IMG/VR virus record: IMGVR_UViG_3300012667_000647
Coordinates: 1-46,786 of that record
Reading direction: 5' to 3' (one strand)
Length of the DNA stretch: 46,786 nucleotides
Origin: a virus
Taxonomy: Duplodnaviria; Caudoviricetes
Shown here: positions 35,652-45,159 of the stretch, piece after piece
How the letters are laid out: each line of letters begins with the position of its first letter
Position numbering within the stretch: the stretch's first letter is position 1
The notes under the pieces: generated by a model
Told to the model about the DNA's origin: nothing
Seen by the model: the letters and a program-made list of their open reading frames with translations, nothing else
Databases searched by the model: none
Position numbers and translations under genes: made by a program

Positions 35652-36303
35652 CAATAAACTCCTCAATCATTGGAAAAATCTCTTTAATTGCTGCTGCACA
35701 TGCCAGAGCAATTTCTTGGTGTTCTTTTTGTGTTCCGTTTGCTGAACGGAGTTGTATATAGTGAACCCAAGAACGCAACGTGCCGTTCATATACATGCGT
35801 GAGGAAGTCATGCCTTCGGGTAAAACTGAGCGTGCTTGCTCTTTGGCAATACCATGTGCCAGTGCCCACTTGTACGTGTCCTCGCACATTTTTTGAATGT
35901 TACCTTGGAACTGTTCCCACTGGTAAGCTAAGCGCCGGTCTTCGTCTGTACGACCAATCTGAATACTGTTCTGACGGTTCTTTGTGTCTTGTAGGCGACA
36001 CTCACGTGTTTCAAAACCAAGTTGTGATGCATCCGCATAGCGTTGGCTGAATTCTTGAAAGGAGAAAGAACGGTGACGGAGAATCTGTCGAGCAATGTCT
36101 CTGGTTGTGTCAATCTCCAAACACACGGAAACCATCTCCAACGGAGACCAATGTTTATTCTTAATCAGATAACGGACCAACTTTTCGGCTGTCTCCGAGT
36201 TGTCCTGGTTACCAGGATTAGATACCCTTGCACAGTACGCAATCTGTTCCAAGAGGTCACGACCATCAGGGTCTTGTGAGTAGTTAATTAATTTCACGTT
36301 CAT
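35641..36303 (-). CDS. thyX: flavin-dependent thymidylate synthase
   Basis: RHRSFSFQEFSQRY ThyX motif; HWSPLE; EQARSVLP. Confidence 0.95.
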   Translation of the reverse strand: MNVKLINYSQDPDGRDLLEQIAYCARVSNPGNQDNSETAEKLVRYLIKNKHWSPLEMVSVCLEIDTTRDIARQILRHRSFSFQEFSQRYADASQLGFETRECRLQDTKNRQNSIQIGRTDEDRRLAYQWEQFQGNIQKMCEDTYKWALAHGIAKEQARSVLPEGMTSSRMYMNGTLRSWVHYIQLRSANGTQKEHQEIALACAAAIKEIFPMIEEFIDEQ

Positions 36304-36306
36304 AGT

Positions 36307-37320
36307 TTATACTTTCTTCCAATTAATAAAATTCAATTTTGCACTTAGGTTTTGAAATGTGTTACTCCTGATTATATCAGATAATTCTTCTGATGTAAAT
36401 CCATTTTGTACCATTTCATTAATGTCTTTTTCTTCAATCATTTCTGGCCAAATGACGATACGGTAATGTTCCTCAATCGCTTTTTCCATGTGACGACAAA
36501 TATCTTTATTACGTGGTTCATTGTCGTAAACCAAAATTAACTTAGACTTATCAATGTACTTGGAGGCGTTAGTTAATGTTGCATCTGCGGTTGCCACAGC
36601 ATTTTCTAAGAACATTGAATCAATAGGACCTTCTGTGACGAACACATCTTCTTCCTTGTTGACCTTATCAAGACCAAAGAGTTTGATGCCATCATCCGAT
36701 AGCTTCACAGTTATGTATCTTAGTTTTGAGTTACCCAAGGCACGTCCTTGGAATGCTACCAGATTCTTTTCTTCATCATAGAATGGTATCACCAGTCGGA
36801 TGTCATTATCAATCAGGCCATCTTTCTCTACGTTGAGACTTTCAACAAACTTTTTGAAATCTTCGGCCAGATATAACGAGTCCATTTGAGATTCTGGTAT
36901 TTGTCTCCCTTCCACGTATGTCTTCGCATGATGTCCTTCTGGAAGCGATTTAATGGACGGTAAGGGTAGTTTCTTCTTAAAAACAGGCGCACTTGTTTTA
37001 ACGACCCCAATCTCAGTATTGGATACCGTCTTTTGAGAATTATCTCCGTTTTTGTATCTTTCAAACGAATATTCCTTCACCAGAGTAGGATCTACTTGTT
37101 CCAAGAAATTATAAAAGTTGGTTGACTTACCACAGTTGTGACACATGTAGAAGTAATTGCCTTTTTTGGCAAATACGTAACCACGAGCTTTAATCTTGTT
37201 TTTGGAAGAATCGCCACAGAAAGGACAACGGAAGTTATAGAGGTCCGTTTTTTTCTGTGCGAATTTTTGGAGTTTGGGTGACACCCTCATTAAGAAGGTG
37301 CGGTCAATAAAAATACTCAT
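36307..37320 (-). CDS. DNA primase (T4 gp61-like)
   Basis: CPFCGDS...CHNC zinc domain; TOPRIM EGPIDS and DNEPRN; KDIN. Confidence 0.93.
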   Translation of the reverse strand: MSIFIDRTFLMRVSPKLQKFAQKKTDLYNFRCPFCGDSSKNKIKARGYVFAKKGNYFYMCHNCGKSTNFYNFLEQVDPTLVKEYSFERYKNGDNSQKTVSNTEIGVVKTSAPVFKKKLPLPSIKSLPEGHHAKTYVEGRQIPESQMDSLYLAEDFKKFVESLNVEKDGLIDNDIRLVIPFYDEEKNLVAFQGRALGNSKLRYITVKLSDDGIKLFGLDKVNKEEDVFVTEGPIDSMFLENAVATADATLTNASKYIDKSKLILVYDNEPRNKDICRHMEKAIEEHYRIVIWPEMIEEKDINEMVQNGFTSEELSDIIRSNTFQNLSAKLNFINWKKV

Positions 37321-37342
37321 AACGAAATCAGAGGCAAATGAA

Positions 37343-37777
37343 TTAGTTTAACAATTTCGTTATTGTATCAAATTTTACGTGAGAAAGCAACCATACAATA
37401 ACAACAATGCCACCCGCAGCGGTCCATTTCCATTCCAGGATCTTTTGTATCTCAGAATCTTCTTTTTTGTTATGGTCGGTAATGTCCTTGCGTAGTTTGG
37501 ATATTTCTTCCATAATCCTACGTTCGGTAAGTTCAATCTTATCAGCCAGACTACGGTCAGTAGTGGTGATGCGAGAATGTAGTTCTTTGATATCCTCTAC
37601 GGTATCTTGTTTTCTTTTGTCCATGTCTATGTAGATTTGGTTAACGATACGGTCCTGGTTGTCCATCAACCTTTCTATAACCTTGTCCATTTTACCACAA
37701 AGCTGGGTTATGGAGGCGACCTGAGTTTTCAGGACACCAACATCTACCATCATGTCTACCACATCCTCGTTAGCCAC
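37343..37777 (-). CDS. coiled-coil protein with C-terminal TM
   Basis: Heptad-rich sequence followed by KWTAAGGIVVIVWLL. Confidence 0.75.
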   Translation of the reverse strand: MANEDVVDMMVDVGVLKTQVASITQLCGKMDKVIERLMDNQDRIVNQIYIDMDKRKQDTVEDIKELHSRITTTDRSLADKIELTERRIMEEISKLRKDITDHNKKEDSEIQKILEWKWTAAGGIVVIVWLLSHVKFDTITKLLN

Positions 37778-37778
37778 T

Positions 37779-37985
37779 TTATTTCTTTTCTGGCACTTTT
37801 GTGCCTTCTAGTTTCTTGTGAACTTTCATGGTCTTGCATTGTTGTTGTGGTTTACCGGTCTTTTTATCTAAGACTGGTTTACCGTCTTTAACTACATCAA
37901 CACAAACTTTTGTGGTTTCATCGCTGGCATATGCACCAGTGATTAGCGATAGGGAAATTAATAGAGAGTAAAAAATATTTTTCAT
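37779..37985 (-). CDS. small exported protein
   Basis: Signal peptide ending AYA; Cys pair; Lys-rich. Confidence 0.7.
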   Translation of the reverse strand: MKNIFYSLLISLSLITGAYASDETTKVCVDVVKDGKPVLDKKTGKPQQQCKTMKVHKKLEGTKVPEKK

Positions 37986-37992
37986 AGTGTCC

Positions 37993-38208
37993 TTATTTAT
38001 TTGTGAATTTTTCTGAAGCCGTGAATCCTAATCCTGCGACTACGATATACATCATAGCATCAAATGAGGACTTATCTACCTTGAACCCCCAATAAAGGTC
38101 CGAGATAAAAGCGACACCACATAAGATGAAAGCAAGAACCGTGACAACTCTCTTGCTGGAGATGGTATTATTGGTACCATCTGTTAACATACTTGTGATC
38201 CAGTTCAT
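37993..38208 (-). CDS. putative holin-like two-TM protein
   Basis: SSKRV, then TM, TM, GLGFTASEKF; lies in the lysis cluster. Confidence 0.6.
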   Translation of the reverse strand: MNWITSMLTDGTNNTISSKRVVTVLAFILCGVAFISDLYWGFKVDKSSFDAMMYIVVAGLGFTASEKFTNK

Positions 38209-38209
38209 A

Positions 38210-38656
38210 TTAAATCTCTGGATGTGGTGGTTGTACTGGTGCTTCTTTGCCACCGAAACCAACTGCTACTGCTGGTGCGAAAGTCGGTGCTTGTGCAGCT
38301 ACGGGTGCGAAAGTTTTTGCAGCTTGTACTGGTGCAGGAGATTGTGTGGCCACTGGTGTAGGAGGTCTTTCCCATCCCTTATTTGCAGCTTCTAATGCAG
38401 CTTTCTGTGCTTCTGGATTGTTACTAGCCAACATAATACCGGATAATGTACCAGTTAAGAATGTAGCAATAGGAATAATCAACTCAAAAAACTTCTGGTC
38501 AATTGGTGAGATGGCATTCAGTGGTTGTGTCACAAAGATTAGTGAATACAATACAACGAACACAATACCAAACAATGTCAATGATAGACAAATGCCGATA
38601 AAGAACTTCAAACGAGCCATTAACTGCTCTTCTGTATAAATGATATTATTTTCCAC
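38210..38656 (-). CDS. two-TM membrane protein with Pro/Ala-rich tail (holin candidate)
   Basis: Two hydrophobic helices; PIATFLTGTLSGIML. Confidence 0.7.
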   Translation of the reverse strand: MENNIIYTEEQLMARLKFFIGICLSLTLFGIVFVVLYSLIFVTQPLNAISPIDQKFFELIIPIATFLTGTLSGIMLASNNPEAQKAALEAANKGWERPPTPVATQSPAPVQAAKTFAPVAAQAPTFAPAVAVGFGGKEAPVQPPHPEI

Positions 38657-38924
38657 AATTCACTCCTTGTGATGCTGGTAATGCAGGAACAGGTGTTGCT
38701 GCTGGCGTATCTTTTGGTGGTCCTAATCTAGGATCACGTTGACCTTTAAAAATGTGTTCTGGACAGGTTCTAGTCACATCACATATGGGTAGTTTACAAA
38801 TGTCTTTATCCCAATTTTCTGGATCTTGACATGGGTAACGGAATCTGTCACCACTGAAGTATGCCAAAGTCAAAGGCAACAACAATATGATGAATAGATA
38901 CTTTAGAAGCTTTACGTCACTCAT
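38646..38924 (-). CDS. membrane-anchored four-Cys periplasmic protein
   Basis: N-terminal hydrophobic helix followed by RYPCQDP.NW...C..P.C....TCP. Confidence 0.7.
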   Translation of the reverse strand: MSDVKLLKYLFIILLLPLTLAYFSGDRFRYPCQDPENWDKDICKLPICDVTRTCPEHIFKGQRDPRLGPPKDTPAATPVPALPASQGVNCGK

Positions 38925-38925
38925 A

Positions 38926-39549
38926 TTACACTCCAAATACGTGCAATGCGTGTTCGTAGTGTTTGATGCGGTCTTCTAGTCCGATTGTACCACCATTGAT
39001 GCGTTTTGTCATGGTAACAATGTCACCTTTGTCGGCAAACTGATTTAGGTTATTTGATTCCCAGAACCAACATGCTGATTGTGCAGCACCTTCAAATGTT
39101 TGTAGATACTCTGCGGCTTCTTCCACGGAGATACCCAATGAACCTGCAAAGAATGTATAGTTGTCTTTGCCTGTCAACTGGATTAGGCCACGACCACAGT
39201 AACGGTAACCGTCACCAGAGTCTTCTGGTCCATTACCCATACGTGATGCATATACACGATTAGCAATCGCTTCGGCCTTGTTTGGTTTAGAAGCGTATTG
39301 GTTTGCTAACTCGTCTGTAGGGAAATACTTCGGGAAAATCTTACGTAGAGATGCGGCCTTATAATTAAGGTTCTCTTTGAGAAACAAGAACCCACCAGAT
39401 TCATGGGCACATTGCGCCAAGAATGCTGCGATTCGTTGTGGTGTGTTGATTTCGTAATCCGGTAATAGTTGACTCAAAGCATGGTGCCATTGGTCAATAT
39501 AAGGATTCTTTGGAAGTAATTGTTTTAATTGTTCTTTTGTTAATTCCAT
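38926..39549 (-). CDS. endolysin, glycoside hydrolase family 19
   Basis: AAFLAQCAHES, ENLNY, GRGLIQLTGK.NY and TKRINGG motifs. Confidence 0.92.
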   Translation of the reverse strand: MELTKEQLKQLLPKNPYIDQWHHALSQLLPDYEINTPQRIAAFLAQCAHESGGFLFLKENLNYKAASLRKIFPKYFPTDELANQYASKPNKAEAIANRVYASRMGNGPEDSGDGYRYCGRGLIQLTGKDNYTFFAGSLGISVEEAAEYLQTFEGAAQSACWFWESNNLNQFADKGDIVTMTKRINGGTIGLEDRIKHYEHALHVFGV

Positions 39550-39818
39550 TATTTTACACTTTCAAAAATGTTTTTCTGTATTTGATACCATTCAATCCAA
39601 GCATCATTTTTCACAGCACATTCTTGATATGCAGAATAATTATAGATAACACTGCCTGCCACATCACTCATCTTGGCATCGTTTTTTAACTTTAACAATT
39701 GTGGGCAGGTTTGCAACCCATATTTAGGTGCGTCAGGGAATTTTGCAGTAACAGGAACCGTGGTTGAACAACCAAACAGTGTCATTATTACCGAAACTAA
39801 TATTGTCTTTTTAATCAT
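39549..39818 (-). CDS. o-spanin (Rz1-like lipoprotein)
   Basis: Lipobox LFGC; Pro-containing segment; NY..Y.EC; adjacent to the endolysin. Confidence 0.78.
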   Translation of the reverse strand: MIKKTILVSVIMTLFGCSTTVPVTAKFPDAPKYGLQTCPQLLKLKNDAKMSDVAGSVIYNYSAYQECAVKNDAWIEWYQIQKNIFESVK

Positions 39819-39981
39819 GTTTGAACCATTTATATTTGAATAATTCTTCCATCATTATATCTGTTGTTGTTTTGTTCCATGTTGCGGCCCATTCAACAAA
39901 CTTCATCCAATCTCCAGAGTGTCGCTCGTTGCCTTGCAACCAAGCATGATACATCTTAAACAATTCACTTTCGAACATCAT
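39811..39981 (-). CDS. small hypothetical protein
   Basis: Fills the gap between the spanin genes and overlaps both. Confidence 0.55.
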   Translation of the reverse strand: MMFESELFKMYHAWLQGNERHSGDWMKFVEWAATWNKTTTDIMMEELFKYKWFKHD

Positions 39982-40402
39982 CTGCGGACCTATTAACTGC
40001 ATCTATGAATTCTTTTGGTATTACACAAGTTGCATCATATTTTACAATTTCACGGTCCACATACTGTTTCAAAACTACTTGTTTCTCAACTATCTTTTCT
40101 ATCTGATTTTCTGTTGCTGCATCTATTTTTGCATTAGCCTCAATAGACTGTTGTTCTGCAACTTTCATCTTTGCTTCCATCTCACGCACACGTTCTTCCC
40201 ATGCGTTGTTGTCATATATTGCACCGGTCATAAAAGTGCCGAGTACAATTAATGCAACAGAACCCATTTGTATTGGGTTCTTGTACATGTAAACGAGTGG
40301 GATGGGAATGTATTTGAGTAGATACGTTGCAAGGTAACCGACTACGCCTGCAAGTAGTGTGACATAAAACAACCAATCAGGTAACCATTTCAAAATCCAC
40401 AT
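39965..40402 (-). CDS. i-spanin (Rz-like)
   Basis: N-terminal TM segments, coiled coil, C-terminal C.IP.EF. Confidence 0.75.
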   Translation of the reverse strand: MWILKWLPDWLFYVTLLAGVVGYLATYLLKYIPIPLVYMYKNPIQMGSVALIVLGTFMTGAIYDNNAWEERVREMEAKMKVAEQQSIEANAKIDAATENQIEKIVEKQVVLKQYVDREIVKYDATCVIPKEFIDAVNRSADDVRK

Positions 40403-40405
40403 AAT

Positions 40406-40735
40406 TTACACCTTCGGTAATGCTCGTTTCGCAAGTTTGTTGATTATTGGATTACGTTTCTTGGAAACACCAGGTTCTCTTTGGTCAGCCGATAAACGTG
40501 AATCTCCTGTGCCTGCTGCAGCAGCAACAGTCATCATGCCTTCTTCTTTGATATTATCTCTGGCATTTTCATAACTCTTGGCCTTAGCTTCAACAGCACC
40601 ACCACCGCCTTCACGTGCAGACTGTTCGTGGTTCTCTTTAGCCTTGTCGGTTAAATGTTTCTTTTGACGACTGATTTCTTCTGCATCTCGTCTTTTAGTG
40701 GCCTCAGGTCCTAAAAAATTCTTGAACGATTCCAT
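40406..40735 (-). CDS. putative internal head protein
   Basis: N-terminus MESFKNFL resembles a capsid-targeting sequence; IKEE site. Confidence 0.6.
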   Translation of the reverse strand: MESFKNFLGPEATKRRDAEEISRQKKHLTDKAKENHEQSAREGGGGAVEAKAKSYENARDNIKEEGMMTVAAAAGTGDSRLSADQREPGVSKKRNPIINKLAKRALPKV

Positions 40736-41130
40736 TAGCAATTCCACTTTCTTAGAGATTTATTAATACGTGAATCAGGATCGTTTGCGGTCTTCGCAGA
40801 AGTCAAACGTTTCTTCATACCAGACATTCTTGCACAGAATGATTTACGGCGATTGGCTGATTCCGAACCAGCTTTCAATTTTGAAGGTTTAGTTGTAACA
40901 GCAGTCTTGAGTTTAGAACCTGGATTCTCTCTACGATAAGAGTCAACACCTTTTTGGTTTAATCCACCAGATTCGGACTTACCTTCTTTACGTTGCCATG
41001 CAGCAGATTCATCAAGGTCTTCTTTTATCTTTTTGCAAGAATCGTCAGAATAAGGTTTCTTACCTGGAACTGGTTTGTAACCCGTCCAACAACGGCCTTT
41101 TTCTTCTAAGTATTGTTTAAAAGTTTTCAT
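40735..41130 (-). CDS. putative internal head protein
   Basis: MKTFKQYLEE N-terminus; CWTGY...C module; AAWQRKEGK...RRKSFCARM...SLRKWNC module. Confidence 0.75.
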   Translation of the reverse strand: MKTFKQYLEEKGRCWTGYKPVPGKKPYSDDSCKKIKEDLDESAAWQRKEGKSESGGLNQKGVDSYRRENPGSKLKTAVTTKPSKLKAGSESANRRKSFCARMSGMKKRLTSAKTANDPDSRINKSLRKWNC

Positions 41131-41513
41131 ATTTTTATTAAGACCTTTACCACATCCTCGTTGATTGGTACATCACGTGAGTATATGTTTTTATTATTGA
41201 TACCATAAATGGCATCAGGCATTAAATTGAGATACATTAAAAATGTTTTTAGAATATCATAATCACGTTCATCAATTTTATAGAACAATATTCTTGTGGT
41301 TGCTTCCGTACCAAAAACATTATTCAATAAAATGATGTGATTGAGTATTAAACGTTCCTTTAGTGATTTTGTCACTTTGTATCTTCTGAATAATCTCTTT
41401 AGATACTTGGTACGTTTAATATCTCCCTCAAACTCAGACATAATGCAATGCGGTGAATTATAGTATTTCGCCGCATACATCATAAAATTGTCATCATTCA
41501 AGTTATCAAACAT
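41127..41513 (-). CDS. conserved hypothetical protein of T4-like phages
   Basis: NFMMYAAKYY.SP.C...KYLKRL..RY...ERLILNHII.L.NVFG. Confidence 0.82.
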   Translation of the reverse strand: MFDNLNDDNFMMYAAKYYNSPHCIMSEFEGDIKRTKYLKRLFRRYKVTKSLKERLILNHIILLNNVFGTEATTRILFYKIDERDYDILKTFLMYLNLMPDAIYGINNKNIYSRDVPINEDVVKVLIKI

Positions 41514-41517
41514 ATTT

Positions 41518-41536
41518 AAAAGGGGCCGAAGCCCCT
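41518..41536 (-). terminator. terminator hairpin with cUUCGg loop
   Basis: AGGGGC-TTCG-GCCCCT-TTT on the minus strand. Confidence 0.75.
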
Positions 41537-41540
41537 ATAA

Positions 41541-42230
41541 TTATCCAGTTACAGTCAATGTTGCGTTTGCAGAGTAGGCTGTTACACCTTCGTCTGCGGC
41601 GGTTGCCAACAAACGATATACTGTATCTGTGTTTGCAGTTGTCTTTGGTTTGACAGTCAAAGTCTTTGTTGTCATACCAGCAATCTTGGCATCTGAAACT
41701 GCTGTGTTAGCCACAGAAGTCCATCCAGCAAGACCATCGACACTATTTTCTTGCCATGTGTACACGATAGAGGCTGCGGTGTTACCATCAACGACTTCCG
41801 CAACATCAAATGTTGCTGTGTTAGCCCAAGTAGTGCTATTAGCAACAGATTGGTCACCAGAGATAGTCAAGGTGATAGATACGTTAGCGTATGTTTGTGC
41901 ATCGCCATCAGCACCATCAGCGGACATACCACTCATAGCAACCAAAACTTCTTGTTGCACACGACCAGCACGGCCACCAGAACCAGTAGTTCTTAGTACC
42001 CAACCTGTATGTACACGATTTGAAGCGGAAGCTTCTTGTGCATCAACGCCGAACAAACCGATTGTTTCACCGGTAATATAAGCGTTGGCTGCTGTATTTG
42101 CATACAGAAGTGCTGCGTTAGCTGCTGTTGGAGCAGAGTTGTTTGCTGCAGGTGCAGCTTTTGTGATTGCTGAGTTAACTGCCCAGTATGGAGCGTTAGC
42201 TGCATTATCGTTATTTCCCCAAGATGACAT
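41541..42230 (-). CDS. virion structural protein with C-terminal Ig-like domain
   Basis: MSSWG start; HTGW...GR...EVLVA; YTWQ...YRLL...SANATLTV Ig-like pattern; AAAAGGAG Shine-Dalgarno. Confidence 0.75.
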   Translation of the reverse strand: MSSWGNNDNAANAPYWAVNSAITKAAPAANNSAPTAANAALLYANTAANAYITGETIGLFGVDAQEASASNRVHTGWVLRTTGSGGRAGRVQQEVLVAMSGMSADGADGDAQTYANVSITLTISGDQSVANSTTWANTATFDVAEVVDGNTAASIVYTWQENSVDGLAGWTSVANTAVSDAKIAGMTTKTLTVKPKTTANTDTVYRLLATAADEGVTAYSANATLTVTG

Positions 42231-42264
42231 TTATATTTCTCCTTTTAACCGAGGGTTATGTTTC

Positions 42265-42273
42265 CTATTTATT
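42265..42273 (-). promoter_or_regulatory. possible T4-type late promoter
   Basis: AATAAATA (cf. TATAAATA) about 35 nt upstream of the structural gene. Confidence 0.45.
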
Positions 42274-43739
42274 CAAACACTTTTCTTTGATTTATCTTGA
42301 ACCGGTGAATCTGTTGGTTGCTTACGCATTTTCATCAATGGATCAATTTCAATCGTATCACGGGGTTCACCCGTTAACGTCTTTCCACCAGTCAAAATTG
42401 CAGCTGCCTGAGGTTGCTCTTTTGTAACAGCATCCTGACCAGGTTTTTGTAACTTAACTTTCTTACCAAGAGGAGAAGTAGACTTATCCTCTTTTTCCTG
42501 GTCGTACATATCTTCTTTGATGTTTTTACCTTTAACAACAGTCTTAATAAGTTTTGCTGTTTTGGACATCTGAATCAACTTCTTACCTTTATCTTTTGGT
42601 GCAACATCATCAGGATTGTTAGCGCAGTCATTAGGTGCACCAGTTGCAGCCAATGGATCCATTGTATTTTCTTTGAAATGTGCAATGGCCACTGCCTTCT
42701 TACCTTTTGCAGCAAGAGTATTTACTGCTGCGTTTGCTTGATGACCACTGGAGAATTTCTTCCATGGTTTACCATCAATATGTACGGTGTGTGGACGATC
42801 CAATGTTGACTTAGCTTTGAACTTAGTTGGTGCATGACCTTCATCATCTTCACGTGGCTTCTTAGCAAAACCAGTACGGTTATCATCGTACCCATTACCT
42901 TCTTTGACAGTTTTATTTTTCAATTTGTCACTAAGTGCTTGGCGGCGTCTTGTATTACCATCATACTTTGGATTCGCATCGTCAAATTCACTAACTTTTT
43001 TCCATGCTTTTTTGACAGAATCAATTATACCTTCTTTGACAGGTTTCTTTTCATCTTTTGCATAAGATGCCTGCATACGTGCAGCAAGAGACTTCATATC
43101 AACTGGTTTCTTCTCTGCCTTGGCCTTAACTGCCAATACAGACTGTTGATAGTCACCACCGTAATTACCCTCTTTGGCTTCCATGTATGCAGTCAGAGTT
43201 TGTAGAGATGATTCATCCAATGATTCAACTTCTTCCTTGATGATTCTACCATACTGGTTCATCGTCAAAGTGCCTTTGCCACGGATGGCAATCAGTCTTT
43301 CGACCATTTTGTGTAATAGTACATCAGACTTCAAATCTTCACGAGCAAACTCTAAAACACGAATCAACAATGGAATGTCAAACGTGATGGTGTCTTTTTT
43401 ATCAACAGCTTCCGCCAGTTCATGGTTTTTTCTGTTTGAATATTTCAACTCATTCAAACGTGCTCTCAATGATGAAGATGCACCTTCATGCACAACAGGA
43501 TCATTAAGGTGTGAATTCATCCACGTTTTGAATTGATTGGTCTTAGAGTGTGCAACCTTTTGGTCTTTAGATGCAAACTCGGGATTAATACCCCTAGACT
43601 TCAAGTAACGGTTTAGTAATGCGGTCTCAGAGATATTGGCCTTTGTTGACCATGGGTCTAAAGGATTTGTTCCAAATGTGGGTTTTTCACCCACATTGGT
43701 CTTAATTACTTTCTTTAATAATTTAGATTCTTTGGACAT
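42273..43739 (-). CDS. large Lys-rich modular protein, putative internal head protein
   Basis: 488 aa with repeated hydrophobic-X-E sites separating modules. Confidence 0.75.
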   Translation of the reverse strand: MSKESKLLKKVIKTNVGEKPTFGTNPLDPWSTKANISETALLNRYLKSRGINPEFASKDQKVAHSKTNQFKTWMNSHLNDPVVHEGASSSLRARLNELKYSNRKNHELAEAVDKKDTITFDIPLLIRVLEFAREDLKSDVLLHKMVERLIAIRGKGTLTMNQYGRIIKEEVESLDESSLQTLTAYMEAKEGNYGGDYQQSVLAVKAKAEKKPVDMKSLAARMQASYAKDEKKPVKEGIIDSVKKAWKKVSEFDDANPKYDGNTRRRQALSDKLKNKTVKEGNGYDDNRTGFAKKPREDDEGHAPTKFKAKSTLDRPHTVHIDGKPWKKFSSGHQANAAVNTLAAKGKKAVAIAHFKENTMDPLAATGAPNDCANNPDDVAPKDKGKKLIQMSKTAKLIKTVVKGKNIKEDMYDQEKEDKSTSPLGKKVKLQKPGQDAVTKEQPQAAAILTGGKTLTGEPRDTIEIDPLMKMRKQPTDSPVQDKSKKSV

Positions 43740-43740
43740 A

Positions 43741-45159
43741 TTACTTACCCTTCTGGCCCAATTCTTTCTTCATCTTACCCATTGCCAATTTTGCAAGAGT
43801 TTTCGCTCTTGACATTGGAGTGTGGCATTCTTCTTTAACTGGTTCTTTTTCATCTTTTTGTTTAGAACCACCATAACGTGAACCTTTCTTAACTCCAGAT
43901 CCGCCGTCTTGCGGTTTGTCTTTCAGGGTGTCTTTTGCAGACTTGACCATATCATCCCAACCTTCTTCAACTTGTTCAGTTTCTTCGTTATACTTGGCAT
44001 GGTTAGGTTTACCAGTCTGTGGAACACCCATGTTCTTTTGTAGGCGTTTACGTTGGTCTTCATCTGAACCACCACCAACTTTAGAAAGGAACTTCTTCAG
44101 ACTAGTTTTAACTGTATCACCAACACCTTCTTCAACAGATTCAACTTCTTCTTTAGACAGATGTGGTAATGGTTTTTTCTTCAACCAATTATCACTCAGT
44201 GTGCCATTTTTAGTAGCTTTGGCGTGAGCATCACGAACAAACTGGTGAGCTTTGTCCTTACTATCAAATGTGCTACTGGCAGCGTGTGATAATTTTGCAG
44301 CTGAATGATGAGCGTGGTATTCTCCACTTGGTTGTTTGGTGATGAGTCCAATTTCTTTTCCTGAACTTGGGTGAACTACCGAATTTACAGTTGGATTTGA
44401 CAGATTACCTATATGTGTTCTGGATTTTGCGTTTGTTGGTTCAATATTTGCTTCATAAACAACTTCAACTTCTTCTTTAACTTTCTTTCCAGCAGGAACC
44501 TTTGTTGTGGTAGTCTTTACTTTACCTTTAGAATCTAGGTCACGTACAGTTGAAGTGCCACCAGCAGCATTCTGTTTCATTTTATCTGCCAACTTATCTT
44601 GTCCCCAGAAAGCAGCTTCATCGACACCTTCAACTTCTTCGTTCTTTTGTTTTGCATAGTAAGCAGCAAGAGCTTGTTTCTTGCGTTGAGCTTTAGACTT
44701 ACCCGCAAACTTTGGATTATCTGACTTCACAAAGTCTTCAATCCATTGGCCTGCTGATGCATCCTTAGACAACACTTCATTAATCATTTGGTCAATGATA
44801 GAATGTTGTTCATACTTCTCTTTGAAACCTCGTAAAGCTTTGTTTTCTTTTTTAACTTGGGTGTCAACAGATTCTCCTGCTTCAGGACCTTCTTTTTTCT
44901 CAATTGAGACTGGTTTGGACTTAGCCAATACCTTCTCAGATTTTTCACCTTCTGTAACGACTTCTTCGTTTTTAGGACCAGGGTGAAAACGAACTTTTGT
45001 GGACTTGCTGTCAGCAGCAGGACCTACGTCATCTTTTTGGCCAGACTTTTTACGGCCTCCGATATCATCTTTAGTACGAGCGTTAACATCAATTTCCTCT
45101 TTTGTAAGGATTGATTTAACTGCATCTGTTACAGCATCTTTTTTGTTGAGGTTAATCAT
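43741..45159 (-). CDS. large Lys/Glu-rich modular protein, putative internal head protein
   Basis: 472 aa with many KEE/NEE/VEEG sites. Confidence 0.75.
   Translation of the reverse strand: MINLNKKDAVTDAVKSILTKEEIDVNARTKDDIGGRKKSGQKDDVGPAADSKSTKVRFHPGPKNEEVVTEGEKSEKVLAKSKPVSIEKKEGPEAGESVDTQVKKENKALRGFKEKYEQHSIIDQMINEVLSKDASAGQWIEDFVKSDNPKFAGKSKAQRKKQALAAYYAKQKNEEVEGVDEAAFWGQDKLADKMKQNAAGGTSTVRDLDSKGKVKTTTTKVPAGKKVKEEVEVVYEANIEPTNAKSRTHIGNLSNPTVNSVVHPSSGKEIGLITKQPSGEYHAHHSAAKLSHAASSTFDSKDKAHQFVRDAHAKATKNGTLSDNWLKKKPLPHLSKEEVESVEEGVGDTVKTSLKKFLSKVGGGSDEDQRKRLQKNMGVPQTGKPNHAKYNEETEQVEEGWDDMVKSAKDTLKDKPQDGGSGVKKGSRYGGSKQKDEKEPVKEECHTPMSRAKTLAKLAMGKMKKELGQKGK

Noticed and set aside
32246-36303. 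Introns or inteins in nrdA, nrdB or thyX
   Set aside because: All three are continuous, of normal or compact length, with no intervening endonuclease or intein motifs
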